Part shown: in pieces, positions 23,018 through 32,257 of the stretch
Numbering within the stretch: position 1 is the stretch's first letter
How the letters are laid out: each line of letters starts with the position of its first letter
Source: Acidobacteriota bacterium
Lineage (GTDB): Bacteria; Acidobacteriota; UBA4820; DSQY01
Length of the DNA stretch: 64,000 bases
Assembly (NCBI GenBank): GCA_021787565.1
Contig: JAJYLT010000003.1
Location: 79,775-143,774, forward strand
Direction: 5' to 3'
The notes under the pieces: model-generated
Databases searched by the model: none
Seen by the model: the letters and a program-made list of their open reading frames with translations, nothing else
What the model was told of the DNA's origin: nothing
Translations under genes and position numbers: made by a program

Positions 23018-23104
23018 AAGCCCCGGCCCTCCACCGGCGCGGGATCATCCAGAGATGGAAAAAACCAGGCCCGCGCCTGGTTTGATCCGCTGGTCTTGAA
23101 GAAT

Positions 23105-23181
23105 TGGTCGGGACGACTGGATTTGAACCAGCGACCCCTTGCACCCCAAGCAAGTGCGCTACCAGGCTGCGCCACGTCCCG
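23105..23181 (-). tRNA. tRNA-Pro (anticodon GGG), CCA encoded
   Basis: 77 nt cloverleaf: acceptor CGGGACG/CGTCCCG, D-arm GCGC-AGCCTGGTA-GCGC, anticodon stem CTTGC/GCAAG with loop TTGGGGT (G37), T-arm GCTGG-TTCAAAT-CCAGT. Close to E. coli tRNA-Pro. Confidence 0.9.
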
Positions 23182-23240
23182 ACCGGCCGATCCGGGGCCG
23201 AAGCTCCAAACCGGCACCGGATTTATACCACGGGGGCGCA

Positions 23241-23648
23241 TTACCTGTCAAAAGGGGAAGGACGGCTCAACAAGGAGTTCAGCCGGGACAGCCCCTCTCG
23301 GAGCCGGCCCAGCACCTCTCCCGGCTCGCGCTGCTGAAGGGCCTCTCCCCTTACCTTGCGGGCCAACGAAAGGAAGTCCCGCGCTCCGCGGATCGTGAAC
23401 TTCCTCTCGTAGAGAAGCTCCTTGATCTGCAGAACGGCCTCGATGTCCCGCCTCCTGTAGAGCCGATGTCCCGATTGGGTCTTGTTGGGGCTCAACTGGG
23501 GGAACTGCTTCTCCCAGAACCGCAGGACGTGCGAGGGAACGCCGGTAATGTCGCAGACCTCGCCGATCTTGTAGTAGAGCTTCTGCGGGACCTGCTCCAA
23601 GGAGGAACGGGGGCCGGCCTCGCCTCTCTTTCTGACCGCATTTTTCAT
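23241..23648 (-). CDS. MerR-family transcriptional regulator
   Basis: HTH_MerR N-terminus (YKIGEVCDITGVPSHVLRFWE). ATG at 23648 overlaps the ihfA stop (ATGA). Confidence 0.8.
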   Translation of the reverse strand: MKNAVRKRGEAGPRSSLEQVPQKLYYKIGEVCDITGVPSHVLRFWEKQFPQLSPNKTQSGHRLYRRRDIEAVLQIKELLYERKFTIRGARDFLSLARKVRGEALQQREPGEVLGRLREGLSRLNSLLSRPSPFDR

Positions 23649-23923
23649 GGGTTCTTTCCGCCTGACCACTTGCGCGAGGGCACGAAGACGACGGTCTTGC
23701 GCGAGGGTATTCGCACCGGGGTCCCCTTTCCCATGTCCCGCCCCATCCGCGCCTTCCTCTCGACCACCTTGAAGGTGCCGAAACCCGAAATGACCAGCCT
23801 CCCCGTTTCCGAGAGCCCCGCGGTCATTCCCTGGATGACCTCCTCGACCAGCACTTGGGCTGCCTGGTAGGTGATGCCGCCATGAGCCATGTAGACCCGC
23901 CTGGCCAGTTCCGCGCGCGTCAT
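23645..23923 (-). CDS. ihfA: integration host factor alpha / HU-family DNA-binding protein
   Basis: MTRAELARRV...GFGTFKVVERKARMGRD. Strong GGGAGG RBS and an extended -10 (TGgTATATAAT) immediately upstream. Confidence 0.85.
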   Translation of the reverse strand: MTRAELARRVYMAHGGITYQAAQVLVEEVIQGMTAGLSETGRLVISGFGTFKVVERKARMGRDMGKGTPVRIPSRKTVVFVPSRKWSGGKNP

Positions 23924-24070
23924 AACGCCTCCCTTGAGCAGATTATATACCACAACCCCCTCACTTTCAATGAAAAAGGCTCCCCTCTCGCCAGGCTCAA
24001 GGGAAGTGGCCGCAGTAGCCGTGAACAGAGAATCCGGCCGCTGGTAACGGGAGGCTCCACCAAGGAGGAA

Positions 24071-24859
24071 TCACATTGGAACGGTGTGGTTGAGCGGTCC
24101 TTTCCCTTTCCCAATTTGGAAGGGATGCTGCATGGCCTTGGCGAGGTACTTCTTCGCGCGATCGATCGCCTCGCCCATCACGACGCCGCGCGTGAGCAGA
24201 GCGCATATTACCGCGGAGAAGGTCGTGCCCAGGCCGAGGGTGTTTCGGGATGGCAGGCGGACCGCATCGAAGATGTGATCGTTGGTGCCGTCGTACCAAA
24301 GATCCATGGCCCTGGGTCCGTCGAAGCCACCTCCCGTGATGATCACGTGCCTCGCTCCCTTACCGTGCAGAAGGCGGGCCGCCTCCTTGGCGGAAGGTAC
24401 GTCCCTCACGGGAATTCCGGAGAGGATTTCGGCCTCCCGGCGGTTCGGGGTCAAAACGTGCGCGAGGGGTAGGACCTTCTCGATCAGGAGCGGCACCCCG
24501 GACGGTTCCAGGAGGGGCTCTCCGGTGGCCGCGTACAAGACGGGATCCACCACGATCAGGCCCTTGAGCCCGAATGCCTCCAGCAGGCTCGCTACGATCT
24601 GCACGTTGGCCGCCGTGGCCAGCACGCCCACCTTCACCGCCTGCACGGGGATATCGCTCACCACCGCCTCGATCTGCTGGCCGACGATCTCCATCGGCAC
24701 CGGGTGCAGAGCCTGGATGCCCAGCGTGTTCTGCGCGGCTATGGCGGTGACGACGGCCGCCCCATAGACTCGGAAGGTCTGAAACGTCTTGAGGTCCGCC
24801 GGGATACCCGTAGCCCCCGACGCGTCGAAAGCCGAGATGCTGAGCACGGTCTTGTTCAT
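24071..24859 (-). CDS. thiD: hydroxymethylpyrimidine/phosphomethylpyrimidine kinase
   Basis: 262 aa PfkB-like ThiD (MNKTVLSISAFDASGATGIPADLKTF...). Confidence 0.9.
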   Translation of the reverse strand: MNKTVLSISAFDASGATGIPADLKTFQTFRVYGAAVVTAIAAQNTLGIQALHPVPMEIVGQQIEAVVSDIPVQAVKVGVLATAANVQIVASLLEAFGLKGLIVVDPVLYAATGEPLLEPSGVPLLIEKVLPLAHVLTPNRREAEILSGIPVRDVPSAKEAARLLHGKGARHVIITGGGFDGPRAMDLWYDGTNDHIFDAVRLPSRNTLGLGTTFSAVICALLTRGVVMGEAIDRAKKYLAKAMQHPFQIGKGKGPLNHTVPM

Positions 24860-25202
24860 GGCCCCTCTTCCTCCTGCCAGGCGGGGAGATTATACACCCT
24901 GCACCGGGAGTGGGTAAGACGCCCTCCATCATCGGGAAGGCACGTCTAGTCTCCGTCTCACCAAGACCCCCGCCGCAAACCGGGGCGAGGGGTCTTGACA
25001 GGGATGAACGACGGGTGTAGAGTTCATGGCCGTGAGAATCCCCCGCACATGCAGGGGGGCAGGGTGTGAGAACTTATGTTCTTGTGCGCTCCCGAGGTCG
25101 ATCCAGAGAATCCCGCCCCCCGGCACAAAGTGAACCTACAAGTTTCGGCATAAGATGGCTTATGCCGGTAGTCCGGTTTTTGCTTGGAAAGGAGAGAAGG
25201 AA

Positions 25203-25844
25203 ATGAGAAAGCTCACCGCTAGCCTCCTGGTTCTGGCCCTTGCTGCGCTGGTCGCCTGCGCCAAGCCGCCGCAGCAGCAGATCGACGCCGCCAAGGCCGC
25301 CCTCCAGGCCGCCAAGGCCGCCCAGGCCGACGTGTACGCCCCCGATGCCCTCAAGGCTGCCGAGGACAAGGCTGCCGCCCTGGACACCGAACTCGCCGCC
25401 CAGCAGAGCAAATTCTTCAAGAGCTACAAGGTGGCCACCCAGATGACCACCGAACTGCAGCAGCTGGCCGAGACGGCCAAGCAGGATGCCATCGCCGGCA
25501 AGGCGAAGGCCAAGGCCGACGCTGAAGCTTCCATCACCGCCGCCGACGCTTCCGTCACCGCCGCCCGCGAAGCCCTGAAGGCCGCCCCCAAGGGTAAGGG
25601 TTCCAAGGCCGACATTGAAGCCATGACCAAGGACGTCGATGACGCCGCCACGGCCATCGAGAGCGCCAAGGCCGACGCGACCGCCGAGAAGTACATGGAG
25701 GCCAAGACCACGGCCGACAGCGCCAAGGCTAAGGCCGACAACGTCGTCCAGCAGGTCGAGCAGGCCAAGGCCCTGAAAAAGAGCAGCATCCCCGCCCACA
25801 AGGCCCCCGCCCACAAGGCCCCCGCCCACAAGGGGAAGAAGTAA
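25203..25844 (+). CDS. alanine-rich predicted coiled-coil lipoprotein with C-terminal PAHKA x3 repeats and terminal Lys (KGKK)
   Basis: Signal peptide with lipobox LVAC, about 38% Ala with heptad-like periodicity, tandem 15-nt repeats at 25791-25835, and GGAGAGAAGG RBS. Confidence 0.8.
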   Translation: MRKLTASLLVLALAALVACAKPPQQQIDAAKAALQAAKAAQADVYAPDALKAAEDKAAALDTELAAQQSKFFKSYKVATQMTTELQQLAETAKQDAIAGKAKAKADAEASITAADASVTAAREALKAAPKGKGSKADIEAMTKDVDDAATAIESAKADATAEKYMEAKTTADSAKAKADNVVQQVEQAKALKKSSIPAHKAPAHKAPAHKGKK

Positions 25845-25862
25845 CCGTTTTTCCGCGATGCG

Positions 25863-25893
25863 AAAGGGGGCGGCGATGCCGCCCCCTTTTTTT
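25863..25893 (+). terminator. rho-independent terminator after lipoprotein gene
   Basis: GGGGGCGGC-gatg-CCGCCCCC hairpin followed by T7. Confidence 0.8.
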
Positions 25894-25904
25894 GGGGACC
25901 TGGC

Positions 25905-27056
25905 GTGAAGAAGCGGAAAACGACCCGAAAAATCATCCTGTTGATCATCCTCTGCGCGATCACCTGGTCCGCTTCGGTTTGGCTGGTCCCCCTCCTGGAC
26001 GGGAGCCAGTCCCCGCCCCTGGACCCCACGGGGAAGGGAGCGGAGAACCTCCTGTTCGCCGCCCGACGGGAGGGCGCCGAGCAGCTCTATCCCCAACGAT
26101 TGACGGCGTGCCAGGACGCCCTTAAGGAAGCCCGCTTCGAAACCAACCTTCAGCTGGCTTCCCAGTGGGGGACCAGGGATTTCGTCCGGCCCCAGCGCCT
26201 GCTGGACGGGGCCCAGGCCCAGGCCTTCCGACTTTGGAAGGACGTCGTTGACCACCGGCGCGAGGTGAAACCGGCGGCGGAGGCCATGATCGCGAGGGCG
26301 GACGATTCGCTCCAAAGAAGTGACGAGGTGGCAGACCTCAGCCGCCAAGACTATTACACGCGAGGGCACCTGGCCACCGCATTCATGCAGCTTCACCAGG
26401 CCCAGTCCTACTATCGCGCCGGCCAGTACGACAGGGCCCTCTCCGCCGCAACCCATTCTCTGGAGAGCAGCGACAAGGCCCTCAGCCGGTCCCGTCAGTA
26501 CCTGGAGCGCTTCGACGACCCCCACCATCTTCGGCTGTGGGAGGTATGGATCCGCGAGGCGGTCGCGTCATCGAGGAGCACCGGGATCGCCTTCGTCGTG
26601 ATCAAGGAGAAGCACAGGCTGGATGTGTACAAGAACGGCCGTCTGGCCCAGTCATTCCCCGTCGATCTTGGAGCCAATTCCGTCAGTCAGAAGGAGAGGG
26701 CCGGCGACAGGGCCACTCCCGAGGGCCTCTACCGCATCATCCGGAAAAAGGGCCGGGGGGCCACCAAGTACGGGTTCGCGCTTCTCCTCAACTACCCGAA
26801 CGAAGAGGACCGCCGGCGGTTCGCCGAGATGAAGGCCCACAGACAACTGACACGCCGGACCGGCATCGGCGGGCTCATCGAGATACACGGTACGGGAGGC
26901 AGGGGCTATGATTGGACCGACGGATGCATAGCCCCGGATGACGAGAACATGGAAAGGCTGTATCATGAGGCGATGATCGGGACGGTGGTGGCCATCGTGG
27001 GCAGCGACGGCAGCGGAGGCCCGATCCGGTCGGCTCTGATGGAAAAGAGACGATGA
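25905..27056 (+). CDS. L,D-transpeptidase (YkuD domain) with N-terminal TM anchor and large periplasmic domain
   Basis: GTG start. C-terminal YkuD catalytic region has His (IEIHGTGG) and Cys (TDGCIAP). Confidence 0.8.
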   Translation: MKKRKTTRKIILLIILCAITWSASVWLVPLLDGSQSPPLDPTGKGAENLLFAARREGAEQLYPQRLTACQDALKEARFETNLQLASQWGTRDFVRPQRLLDGAQAQAFRLWKDVVDHRREVKPAAEAMIARADDSLQRSDEVADLSRQDYYTRGHLATAFMQLHQAQSYYRAGQYDRALSAATHSLESSDKALSRSRQYLERFDDPHHLRLWEVWIREAVASSRSTGIAFVVIKEKHRLDVYKNGRLAQSFPVDLGANSVSQKERAGDRATPEGLYRIIRKKGRGATKYGFALLLNYPNEEDRRRFAEMKAHRQLTRRTGIGGLIEIHGTGGRGYDWTDGCIAPDDENMERLYHEAMIGTVVAIVGSDGSGGPIRSALMEKRR

Positions 27057-27787
27057 GCGACAACGGCACCGATCAGTCTTCCCCCCTATTGCGCAGCATC
27101 GAATCGAGCAAGAGAGAGCAGGCGAGGCGCGTCCGTCGCACCATCCTGGCCCTCCTCATCGGTACTGGCCTGCTTTGCGCGGCCGTCGCCCTCTTCTTCA
27201 TCTCGACGGGATACGGCTACGCGGACCTGAACGCGGCCTACATCTCCCGACACAGCATGGAGGTGCCGCAGGGGGGGGCCGTACCTCCCGAGAAGATCCT
27301 GGATCTCGCCGAAAAGAAGCTGGACAAGGTCAGGCCCAAGGGTATTTTCGTGGTGGTGGACCACGTTCGGAACCACCTCTACCTGCGCGACGGAGACAAG
27401 GTCATTCTGGATGCCCTCTGCTCGGCCGGAGCGGGGACTTTGCTGACCGATCCCAAATCGGACCGCCGCTGGGTGTTCGACACTCCCGTGGGCCGCTTCT
27501 TCGTCCGGGGCAAGCGCAAGGACCCCACCTGGACGGCTCCCGATTGGGATTACATCGAATCGGGCGAACCCTTCCCCAAGAACTATGCGGACCGAGTGCA
27601 GGAGGGGATGCTGGGTGAGTACGCCCTGGATTTGGGTGGAGGACCGTCGGGCTACATGATCCACGGCACGCTCTACACCCGCCTCCTGGGACGCAATGTG
27701 AGCCATGGCTGCGTGAGGGTCGGGCGAGACGACCTCCGCATCATCTGGCAGAAGGTGCCCATCGGGGCCACGGTGTTCATGTACTGA
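27053..27787 (+). CDS. L,D-transpeptidase (YkuD domain), membrane-anchored
   Basis: Canonical HG...SHGCVRV catalytic motif. Start overlaps the upstream stop (ATGA). Confidence 0.85.
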   Translation: MSDNGTDQSSPLLRSIESSKREQARRVRRTILALLIGTGLLCAAVALFFISTGYGYADLNAAYISRHSMEVPQGGAVPPEKILDLAEKKLDKVRPKGIFVVVDHVRNHLYLRDGDKVILDALCSAGAGTLLTDPKSDRRWVFDTPVGRFFVRGKRKDPTWTAPDWDYIESGEPFPKNYADRVQEGMLGEYALDLGGGPSGYMIHGTLYTRLLGRNVSHGCVRVGRDDLRIIWQKVPIGATVFMY

Positions 27788-28470
27788 TGAGAAGACGATT
27801 GCTTTTTCTGGCACTCCTGGCCTTCTCCGCGGCTGCCCTCGCATGGGCCGTGCGGGTGCTGGCCCAGACCGAGCCTCCGCAAGAGCCCTTGCCCCTCCGC
27901 GCCGCCCTGGCCGAACAGGAGGCCAGGCTGGCCACCTCGAACACCTTCTACCTCGAGCTGGATCTCTCCCATCCGGCCATCAAGCTCTGCCAGTCGGGGG
28001 TGGCCCTTGCCACCTACCCTATCGACTCCCTCAAGGTGGGGTATCCCCGCGTCCTCTTCTTTCCCCGAGTGCATGAGGGGAGATGGATCGGCGAAATCTG
28101 GACCGGAGGGCACCTCATCCCTCCGAAGATCATCAACCGGATCCGCATCACGCCGGGAAGCGTGCCCTCGGCTGAAATCGCGGTCCCCGCCTTGATCCCG
28201 CCGACCATGTCCGATCTGATCCCCGTGCCCCCCGTCTACACCATCGTCTTCGACGGCGGGAGAGTCATCCGCGTGAATCTGAACGGAAAGATCGTCGGAG
28301 CCGTTGGGCAGCCCGCCAAAGAGCGCGGGTGGTGGGCGGATTTCTTGGCGGGCCTGGGCCTTCGGAGGGCCGACTCCCTCCGCATCAGCGCCAGCATGCC
28401 GGCCAGTGACGGGGCCTCCCTCTTCCGGTCTTTTCCCGACAAGCCTCCAGAACTCCTGATCCTACCGTAG
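27787..28470 (+). CDS. hypothetical secreted protein (signal peptide), co-operonic with the L,D-transpeptidases
   Basis: Cleavable signal peptide MRRRLLFLALLAFSAAALAWA. Start overlaps the preceding stop by 1 nt. No recognisable domain. Confidence 0.6.
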   Translation: MRRRLLFLALLAFSAAALAWAVRVLAQTEPPQEPLPLRAALAEQEARLATSNTFYLELDLSHPAIKLCQSGVALATYPIDSLKVGYPRVLFFPRVHEGRWIGEIWTGGHLIPPKIINRIRITPGSVPSAEIAVPALIPPTMSDLIPVPPVYTIVFDGGRVIRVNLNGKIVGAVGQPAKERGWWADFLAGLGLRRADSLRISASMPASDGASLFRSFPDKPPELLILP

Positions 28471-29256
28471 CCTCAGGAGATCAAAGAGGCGGACCCAGAC
28501 GGCCGGTTCGACCTGGTTCGGCCTGGCCAGCCGGTCGATCCCCAGATGTTCCAGAATCTCCGCCCAGCTTTCCGCCGGACGACCCAGCGAGCGTCCCACC
28601 GTTCCCATGGCCTTCCGAGGCGAGGCGAAAGCCATACGCAGAAAGGACCAGAAGCTGGCCTGCTCGTCCGCTGGAAGAGTCGCCCGCACCCGCGCATCGA
28701 ACCGGCAGACGGCGGAGATCACCTTGGGGCAAGGCCTGAAGGCGCCCGGGGGCACCGAGAACAGCAGCCGCCGCTCCCACCAGCCGTCGGTCCAGACGGC
28801 GAGGGGGCCGTATCCCTCCCCTCCCGCGTCGGCGCAGAACTTCCAGGCCACCTCCCGCTGGAGCATGACCACGGCGGAAACCACTTCGCCGGGGCTCGCG
28901 AGGATCCTCCGCAGGATCTGGGTCCCCGCGTTGTAGGGAAGGTTGCCCACCACCAGCCACCTTGCGCTGCTCCCCGCCAGCTTCGGAAGGTCGTGCTCGC
29001 GTGCGTCCCCGAGCACTACGCGGAGGTTGGGCTGCTCTTTCGCGAGGGTGCCCGCCAGCTCCCGGTCCGCCTCCACGGCCCACGTGGGAAGGCCCAGGTC
29101 GAGGAGTCCCGGCGTGAGCGCGCCGCCTCCCGGCCCGATCTCGAGGAGGGCGGTGGCCGAGGCGGAGGCCTCCCCGGCGGCCTCAAGGATTCGCCGAATC
29201 CAGGTGGAATCCACGAGGAAATGCTGGCCCAGCGACTTCTTCGCCCGCGCGTGCAT
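28462..29256 (-). CDS. rsmA: 16S rRNA (adenine1518-N6/adenine1519-N6)-dimethyltransferase
   Basis: SLGQHFL, the LEIGPGxGxLT SAM motif, and the KsgA fold. Confidence 0.9.
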   Translation of the reverse strand: MHARAKKSLGQHFLVDSTWIRRILEAAGEASASATALLEIGPGGGALTPGLLDLGLPTWAVEADRELAGTLAKEQPNLRVVLGDAREHDLPKLAGSSARWLVVGNLPYNAGTQILRRILASPGEVVSAVVMLQREVAWKFCADAGGEGYGPLAVWTDGWWERRLLFSVPPGAFRPCPKVISAVCRFDARVRATLPADEQASFWSFLRMAFASPRKAMGTVGRSLGRPAESWAEILEHLGIDRLARPNQVEPAVWVRLFDLLRLR

Positions 29257-29265
29257 GGGGCCGGA

Positions 29266-29868
29266 TCACGCGCCGTGGCGCAGGCGCTCCAGCGCCATGT
29301 AGATCTCGCGGCCCACCCAGGCGTCCGTGGCGGCATAGGAGATCTGGGCGGGGGCGAGTTCCGGTCTGCTCCAGTCCGACATCTTGGCCCGCTTGGAAAC
29401 GCGGAATCCCAGCAGGCTCGCCGCGAGTCCCTTCAGGCCGTTGGCGGGGACGCCGGCTTCCGATGAGAGGGCCGCGAGATCCACGAATCCCCTCGGCTCG
29501 AAGGTGTAGACCTCCTGGAGCTTCCGGACATCGTAGCCGGGCGCCACGCCCACCTTCAGGACGGCTGGATCGGACAGCAGGGCCAGCACCGGTCCCAGCC
29601 TGCGGAGTCTCAGGAGCTGGAAGAGATAGGCCTCGGTGCCGCTGGAGAGCTGGAGGATGGCGGGAGGGTTGACCTGCCCCTTCGCGAAGGAGGGCTTGGT
29701 CTCCGTGTCGAAGCCCAGCACGCGTTCGTGGCCGAGGCGCTCGGCGGCGGAGCCCACCTGGGCGTCCGAATGGACCAGGTAGACGCTCCCCTCGAAGCGC
29801 CGGATGGGGAGCGCGTTGATCGTCTCGGCCGTCCATTCCTGCCTGGGATCCGGCGCGGCGCCGTCCAA
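29266..29868 (-). CDS. 3'-5' exonuclease domain protein (RNase D / DnaQ-like DEDDy)
   Basis: LGFDTETKP and YAATDAW motifs of DEDDy exonucleases. Confidence 0.75.
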   Translation of the reverse strand: MDGAAPDPRQEWTAETINALPIRRFEGSVYLVHSDAQVGSAAERLGHERVLGFDTETKPSFAKGQVNPPAILQLSSGTEAYLFQLLRLRRLGPVLALLSDPAVLKVGVAPGYDVRKLQEVYTFEPRGFVDLAALSSEAGVPANGLKGLAASLLGFRVSKRAKMSDWSRPELAPAQISYAATDAWVGREIYMALERLRHGA

Positions 29869-29992
29869 CTCCGCCTCCTGCCTGCTCTCCCGGAATCACT
29901 GCGGGACCGATAGTGTAGCACGCCCGCTCTCCTTCTGGGCCACGGCTCGGACGGCTCCAGTGGTATAGTGATCGCAACCAAGGAGGCACGCC

Positions 29993-30199
29993 ATGAACGA
30001 GAAGGTGTTCAAGAAGATCCGCGTCGTGGGCTGCAGCCCGGAGAGCTACCAGAAGGCCGTGGAATCGGCTGTGGTGAAGGCCGGAGCGTCGGTGCACGGC
30101 ATGGCCTGGTTCGAGGTGGTGGAGCTGCGCGGGGCCATTCAGGACGGCAAGGCCTCCGAATGGCAGGCCACCGTGGAGATCGCATTCAAGGTGGAGTAG
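29993..30199 (+). CDS. dodecin family flavin-binding protein
   Basis: 68 aa (KKIRVVGCSPESYQKAVESAV...ATVEIAFKVE). AAGGAGG RBS and an extended -10 (TGgTATAGT) upstream. Confidence 0.85.
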   Translation: MNEKVFKKIRVVGCSPESYQKAVESAVVKAGASVHGMAWFEVVELRGAIQDGKASEWQATVEIAFKVE

Positions 30200-30544
30200 G
30201 GCCGGGCTGGACCGAGAACAGATCCCCGATTCGAGGGACCAACAAGGATGCACCGCATCGCCAACCCGGTGCCTGAATACACCGAGCCAATCGCCCCGTT
30301 CCCCTGACGGCGATATCGCCTGCCCGTTGGCTGCGGGACAAGGGGCCACCGCCTCCTGGCCATCCACGGCCCGCACGGTCCGGGCGGGGCGCCGGGCCGA
30401 ATTTCCGCGTCCTTCCCCCATGACAGAGCCCCCGGCCATTGACGGCGGGGCGTTGTCCACGGCCGAGAGGAGGCGTACCATACTGCCAGGGTTCGTATTC
30501 ACACCTGAGCAGCCTCTTCCGACCCGCATCGAGGGGACGCAGTA

Positions 30545-32245
30545 GTGACGGAAGATGCCCCGATCTCTAATTCTTCGGCTCTGGGCCTACACGTGGTGCC
30601 CGCCGAAGGGCCACCCTTCGACCGGCTGATAGGCCAAGAGGCCGTGGTGATCGGACGCTCCTCCAAAGCCGACGTGATGATCGGGGACCGGGCCATGTCG
30701 CGGGAGCACGCTCGCCTCTTCCGCACGCAGGAGGGGTGGTTCTTGGAGGATATGGGCTCTCGGAACGGGACCCTGGTCAACGGCCAGCGGGTCCGGCAAC
30801 TGGCTCCCATCAAGGCGGGCGACCTGGTCTGCATGGGAGGCAGCACACTCAGAATCCTCGATCCGGCACGGATGGCGCCGGAGGGGGGCCGGGCGGAGTC
30901 GGCATCCGGTGGCGCCCTCCTCCGGCGAGCATCGGAGCTGGTGGAGGAGAGCGGAAGCACCAGCCCCGGCGAGGAACCGCGCGACGAGGAGACGCTGAGG
31001 CAATACCTCGGCCACCTGAGGATCCTGAACGAGGTCCACAAGAGCCTCAGCCGGCCCATGGCCCTCCAGGAACTGCTCGACCTGATCCTGGATGCCGCCT
31101 TCGGCCATCTCGCCGCGGATGAGGGCCTGATCCTCCTGCAAGACGCCGGCGGCGGTTACAGGCGCGCCGCGGCGCGGCTGAACTCGGATCTCGATGAGCC
31201 CTTCGTCTCGCGAAGCCTGATCCACGAAGTCGCACAGCGGGGGATGGCCGCGCTGGTGAAGGATGTCCAGACGGACGCCCGCTTCGCCGACTCGGACAGT
31301 ATCCTGCGCTCGGGCATCCGGAGCCTCATCGCGGCGCCGCTCCAGGATGCGGAAGGCTGCCTCGGCATGATCGCGCTCACCTCCAGAACGGCGGTCCGCT
31401 CCTTCGGGGAGGAGGAGCTGGCCCTCCTGGCCTCCCTCGCTTCCGTCGCCGCCCTTCGCATCCGCAACCTCTCCCTCGTTGAGGAGGCGGCGGAGAGGCG
31501 GCGGCTGCAAGCGGAGGTGGAGCTCGCGCGCCGCATCCAGGTGGAACTGCTCCCCGACAGGATGCCCGAGATCCAGGGCTACGGGCTCTTCGGCGGCAAC
31601 GTCCCCTCCCGGTGGGTCTCCGGCGACTACTACGAGGTCTCTCCCCGGAAGGAGGGGAAGGAGGTCGCTCTGCTCCTCGCTGACGTCTCGGGCAAAGGGC
31701 TCGGGGCCTCCCTCCTGGCAGCCTCCCTGGAGGCCTTGTGCGCCGCCCCCATCGAGGCGGGCCGGGAGCCCCACCAGATATTTGAGCGCGTCTCCCTCCT
31801 CCTGTACCGGCGGACGCCTCCGGAACGCTACGCCACGGCCTTCGTGGCCGTATTGGAGCCGGAAACCGGGGTCATCCGGTTCGCCAACGCGGGCCATCCC
31901 CCCGCCCTCCTGCTGCGCCGGGGCGGCGAGGCGGAATGGCTCGGTGCGACGGGCCCACCCCTTGGCCTCTTTCCGGAATCCGCCTACGAGACGCGCTCGA
32001 CGGGACTCGACCCGGGAGACTTCCTGATTCTCTACAGCGACGGGATTTCAGAGGCCTCGGATCGGGAGGGCGAGCCCTTCGGCAGGGAGGGCCTCCTCGC
32101 CACCTGCTCCCTCCCCGAACACCATCATCCGCATGATGTGGCAAGGGCCCTCGAAGAGACGCTTGAAGCTTACTGCGGCGGAGAGCCCCACGCCGACGAC
32201 AGGACCCTCCTGATCCTCCAGAGATTTCCTGCGCAGGCCCCCTAG
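30545..32245 (+). CDS. FHA-GAF-PP2C (SpoIIE-type) Ser/Thr phosphatase
   Basis: N-terminal FHA (GRSSKADVMIGDRAMSREHARL...NGTLVNG), central GAF, C-terminal PP2C (DVSGKGLGASL...HADDRTLLILQRF). GTG start after a GAGGGG RBS. Confidence 0.8.
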   Translation: MTEDAPISNSSALGLHVVPAEGPPFDRLIGQEAVVIGRSSKADVMIGDRAMSREHARLFRTQEGWFLEDMGSRNGTLVNGQRVRQLAPIKAGDLVCMGGSTLRILDPARMAPEGGRAESASGGALLRRASELVEESGSTSPGEEPRDEETLRQYLGHLRILNEVHKSLSRPMALQELLDLILDAAFGHLAADEGLILLQDAGGGYRRAAARLNSDLDEPFVSRSLIHEVAQRGMAALVKDVQTDARFADSDSILRSGIRSLIAAPLQDAEGCLGMIALTSRTAVRSFGEEELALLASLASVAALRIRNLSLVEEAAERRRLQAEVELARRIQVELLPDRMPEIQGYGLFGGNVPSRWVSGDYYEVSPRKEGKEVALLLADVSGKGLGASLLAASLEALCAAPIEAGREPHQIFERVSLLLYRRTPPERYATAFVAVLEPETGVIRFANAGHPPALLLRRGGEAEWLGATGPPLGLFPESAYETRSTGLDPGDFLILYSDGISEASDREGEPFGREGLLATCSLPEHHHPHDVARALEETLEAYCGGEPHADDRTLLILQRFPAQAP

Positions 32246-32257
32246 CGCTCCCCCGCG

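Noticed and set aside
24860-25150. Possible TPP (THI-box) riboswitch upstream of thiD
   Set aside because: No CUGAGA / ACCUGAUCUGGAUAAUGCCAGCG-like THI-box elements were found on the thiD-sense strand.
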